A stretch of 39,055 nucleotides of DNA from Arcobacteraceae bacterium (lineage in GTDB: Bacteria; Campylobacterota; Campylobacteria; Campylobacterales; Arcobacteraceae): positions 1 through 39,055 of the forward strand of contig JBLWVX010000024.1 of NCBI GenBank assembly GCA_048268245.1, given 5' to 3'. Each line of letters starts with the position of its first letter. Within the stretch, counting starts at the first letter, position 1. The position numbers and the translations under genes are program-made. Positions 37,130 through 39,055 of this stretch are shown here, piece after piece. The notes under the pieces were generated by a model that saw only the letters and a list, made by a program, of their open reading frames with translations, had not been told where the DNA came from and searched no databases.

Positions 37130-37927
37130 ATGAATAGCGAAGATAAAAAAGATAGCTTAACAAGAAAAATAATATCAGCAATTGATAATTTTTTCAATGA
37201 TGATACAACATATTATGCAGCTAGTTTAAGCTTCTTTACTATTTTCTCTATTCTTCCAATTATTGCTCTACTTATTGCAATTATTTCAAGCTTCCAAGAG
37301 TTTCAAGCCTATATTGATATATTTATAGACTATATCTTCAACATTATTAATCCTACACATTCAGCTGATATTGTAAGTACTTTAAAAGATTATATCTCCA
37401 ATTCTAGTAAACTAGGATGGCTTGGAATTGTTTATATGTTATTCGTATTTATTATGTTCTTCAAAGACTACGAGTATATAGTAAATAAGATACATAAATC
37501 AAAAAGAAAATCAATCCATTTTTCTTTTATATTCTATTCTTTATATTTAGTTATGTTACCTATAATATTTGCAGCATTAAATATTGTAACAGCATTTTAT
37601 AACAACAGTATATTAAATACAATATTCTCATATCTTTTTTCATGGCTTATTTTTTACTCTCTTTTTAAATATAGTGTAAATAGACATATAGATGATAAAG
37701 CTGCTCTAGTTTCATCCCTTGTAACCCTTATTATTTTGTCAATAACTAAAAACCTATTTGTATATTATGTTATTTATAATAAAACATACACTACAATATA
37801 TGGTTCTTTAGCGACACTTTTATTTACATTTTTTTGGATATATGTATCATGGATAATATATCTATATGGGATAAAAATGTGTCATAAACTAAATATACAA
37901 TATCAAGCAAGAAAGAGTAAACTATGA
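37130..37927 (+). CDS. YihY/BrkB family inner-membrane protein
   Basis: YAASLSFFTIFSILP, IYGSLA...WIYVSW.I.L.G. Confidence 0.92.
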   Translation: MNSEDKKDSLTRKIISAIDNFFNDDTTYYAASLSFFTIFSILPIIALLIAIISSFQEFQAYIDIFIDYIFNIINPTHSADIVSTLKDYISNSSKLGWLGIVYMLFVFIMFFKDYEYIVNKIHKSKRKSIHFSFIFYSLYLVMLPIIFAALNIVTAFYNNSILNTIFSYLFSWLIFYSLFKYSVNRHIDDKAALVSSLVTLIILSITKNLFVYYVIYNKTYTTIYGSLATLLFTFFWIYVSWIIYLYGIKMCHKLNIQYQARKSKL

Positions 37928-38874
37928 AAAAAAAGATTTTATTACCTATTTTAGCAGTAAGTACAATATCCTATGCAAATCAAATAGATAATAAAACCTT
38001 TTTAGATGACTTTATTGAAAACACGAATGATTTTAGACAAACTATTCATTCATCAATAATAAACACTTCTATAAACGTTGATAACTTCTTTTTTGAAGAT
38101 ACAGTTGATAATCTTGACTATCATAACGCTTATGGCTTATTAGAATTCTCTGCATCTCAAAACCAACATGAAAGTATTGTATTTGACCAAAGAGTAAAAA
38201 TAAAATTAAAACTTCCAAGACTAAAAGATGCAATTCATTTAGAAATAGAAACTGATGAACAAAGAGATACTATTGATAACGTAGAAAATAAAACATCAAA
38301 TAGTAAAAATGATGATGTTAGTTTAGCTATAGGATACTACAAAACATTAAAAAATGAAATTAATCTTAAAACAAAAGTTGGTTTAAAAATCAAGTCAAAA
38401 CTTGATCCATTTATAAAAACAGAAGCTAAAAAAAGTTTTGAGAATATAAATAGTAATTATATTTATACAATAAGTCAAGCATTTAAATACTCTAATTTAA
38501 ATGATTTAGAATCAACAAGCTATTTCAAAATAGATAGACCTTTAAATGAAACATTATCAGTACATAATTTCAACCAACACTATTGGCAATCTCAAAAAGA
38601 AAATGATAGCGAATTCTATAATTCTATTTATTTAGATCAAAGACTTACAAATAAAAACTATATAAGATATACAGCAAATACAAATATAAATAATATAGAC
38701 TCTGATATGAAAGTAAAGAGATATGCATTACAATTAAAATATAGACATTTTATGAAAAAATGGTTATACCTAGATACAATTCCTGAAAACTATTACAGTA
38801 GAGAAAACAATTTTAAACCAAGATATGCACTAAGGTTTAATCTTGGTATGTACTTTAATAAAGATTCTTATTAA
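37924..38874 (+). CDS. Hypothetical exported protein, probable outer-membrane beta-barrel
   Basis: Signal peptide; VDNFF, KLKLP, alternating aromatic beta-strand pattern, ends RFNLGMYFNKDSY. Confidence 0.65.
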   Translation: MKKKILLPILAVSTISYANQIDNKTFLDDFIENTNDFRQTIHSSIINTSINVDNFFFEDTVDNLDYHNAYGLLEFSASQNQHESIVFDQRVKIKLKLPRLKDAIHLEIETDEQRDTIDNVENKTSNSKNDDVSLAIGYYKTLKNEINLKTKVGLKIKSKLDPFIKTEAKKSFENINSNYIYTISQAFKYSNLNDLESTSYFKIDRPLNETLSVHNFNQHYWQSQKENDSEFYNSIYLDQRLTNKNYIRYTANTNINNIDSDMKVKRYALQLKYRHFMKKWLYLDTIPENYYSRENNFKPRYALRFNLGMYFNKDSY

Positions 38875-38929
38875 TAAGGTGATAAAATCATTTCAATAGA
38901 AATAAAAGAAGCAAGACGCTAATATTAAT

Positions 38930-38960
38930 AAAAAAGAGACTAGAGTTAAACTCTAGCCTC
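38930..38960 (-). terminator. Intrinsic terminator for a transcript entering from the right edge
   Basis: Minus strand GAGGCTAGAGT-TTA-ACTCTAGTCTC-TTTTTT (11-bp stem with one G.U pair and a U tail). Confidence 0.75.
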
Positions 38961-39024
38961 CTCAGTAGATTTCTCATTTTGACCCTGTAAATTAAACTGT
39001 GTAAACCCACCAGTTACTTTTTAA

Positions 39025-39054
39025 TCACTTAGTATATTTTTCCATAATCTCACT
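39025..39054 (-). CDS. Possible 3' end of a gene truncated by the window edge (...SEIMEKYTK stop)
   Basis: Open frame from the edge to TGA at 39025-39027, upstream of the terminator; too short to identify. Confidence 0.35.
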   Translation of the reverse strand, partial: SEIMEKYTK

Positions 39055-39055
39055 G

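Overview
AT-rich chromosomal window from a Campylobacterota bacterium, most consistent with Arcobacteraceae (inferred from gene content, gene order and TTTAAG...TATAAT promoters). From left to right it holds: a 7TMR-DISM diguanylate cyclase; a minus-strand operon of 8 intact tRNAs ending in a decayed full-length copy of initiator tRNA-fMet; a Cache-type diguanylate cyclase; a minus-strand run EamA transporter - membrane-anchored FMN glutamate-synthase-like protein - DUF6394-like membrane protein - two-RCK K+ channel - kdsA - ribH - nusB - pyrF; murA; a cysteine-depleted SdhB/HdrB-like protein; a membrane-anchored HNH-fold protein lacking its catalytic His; a reordered type II secretion operon (G-H-F-K-L-M-N-C-D-E-I-J plus a coiled-coil/SH3 protein); yigZ; tlyA-ribF; an interposed pair of genes including a 1755-aa cadherin-repeat lipoprotein with phased TGTAA boxes upstream; and cmoA-bcp-pgbA-like-glcD-like-yihY-putative outer-membrane protein. 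No CRISPR array, transposase or integrase was seen. The best candidates for undescribed systems are the coupled GltS-like/DUF6394/K+ channel cassette and the atypical T2SS with its SH3 accessory and a nearby giant lipoprotein as possible cargo. All family assignments come from motif recognition by eye; no database searches were run.
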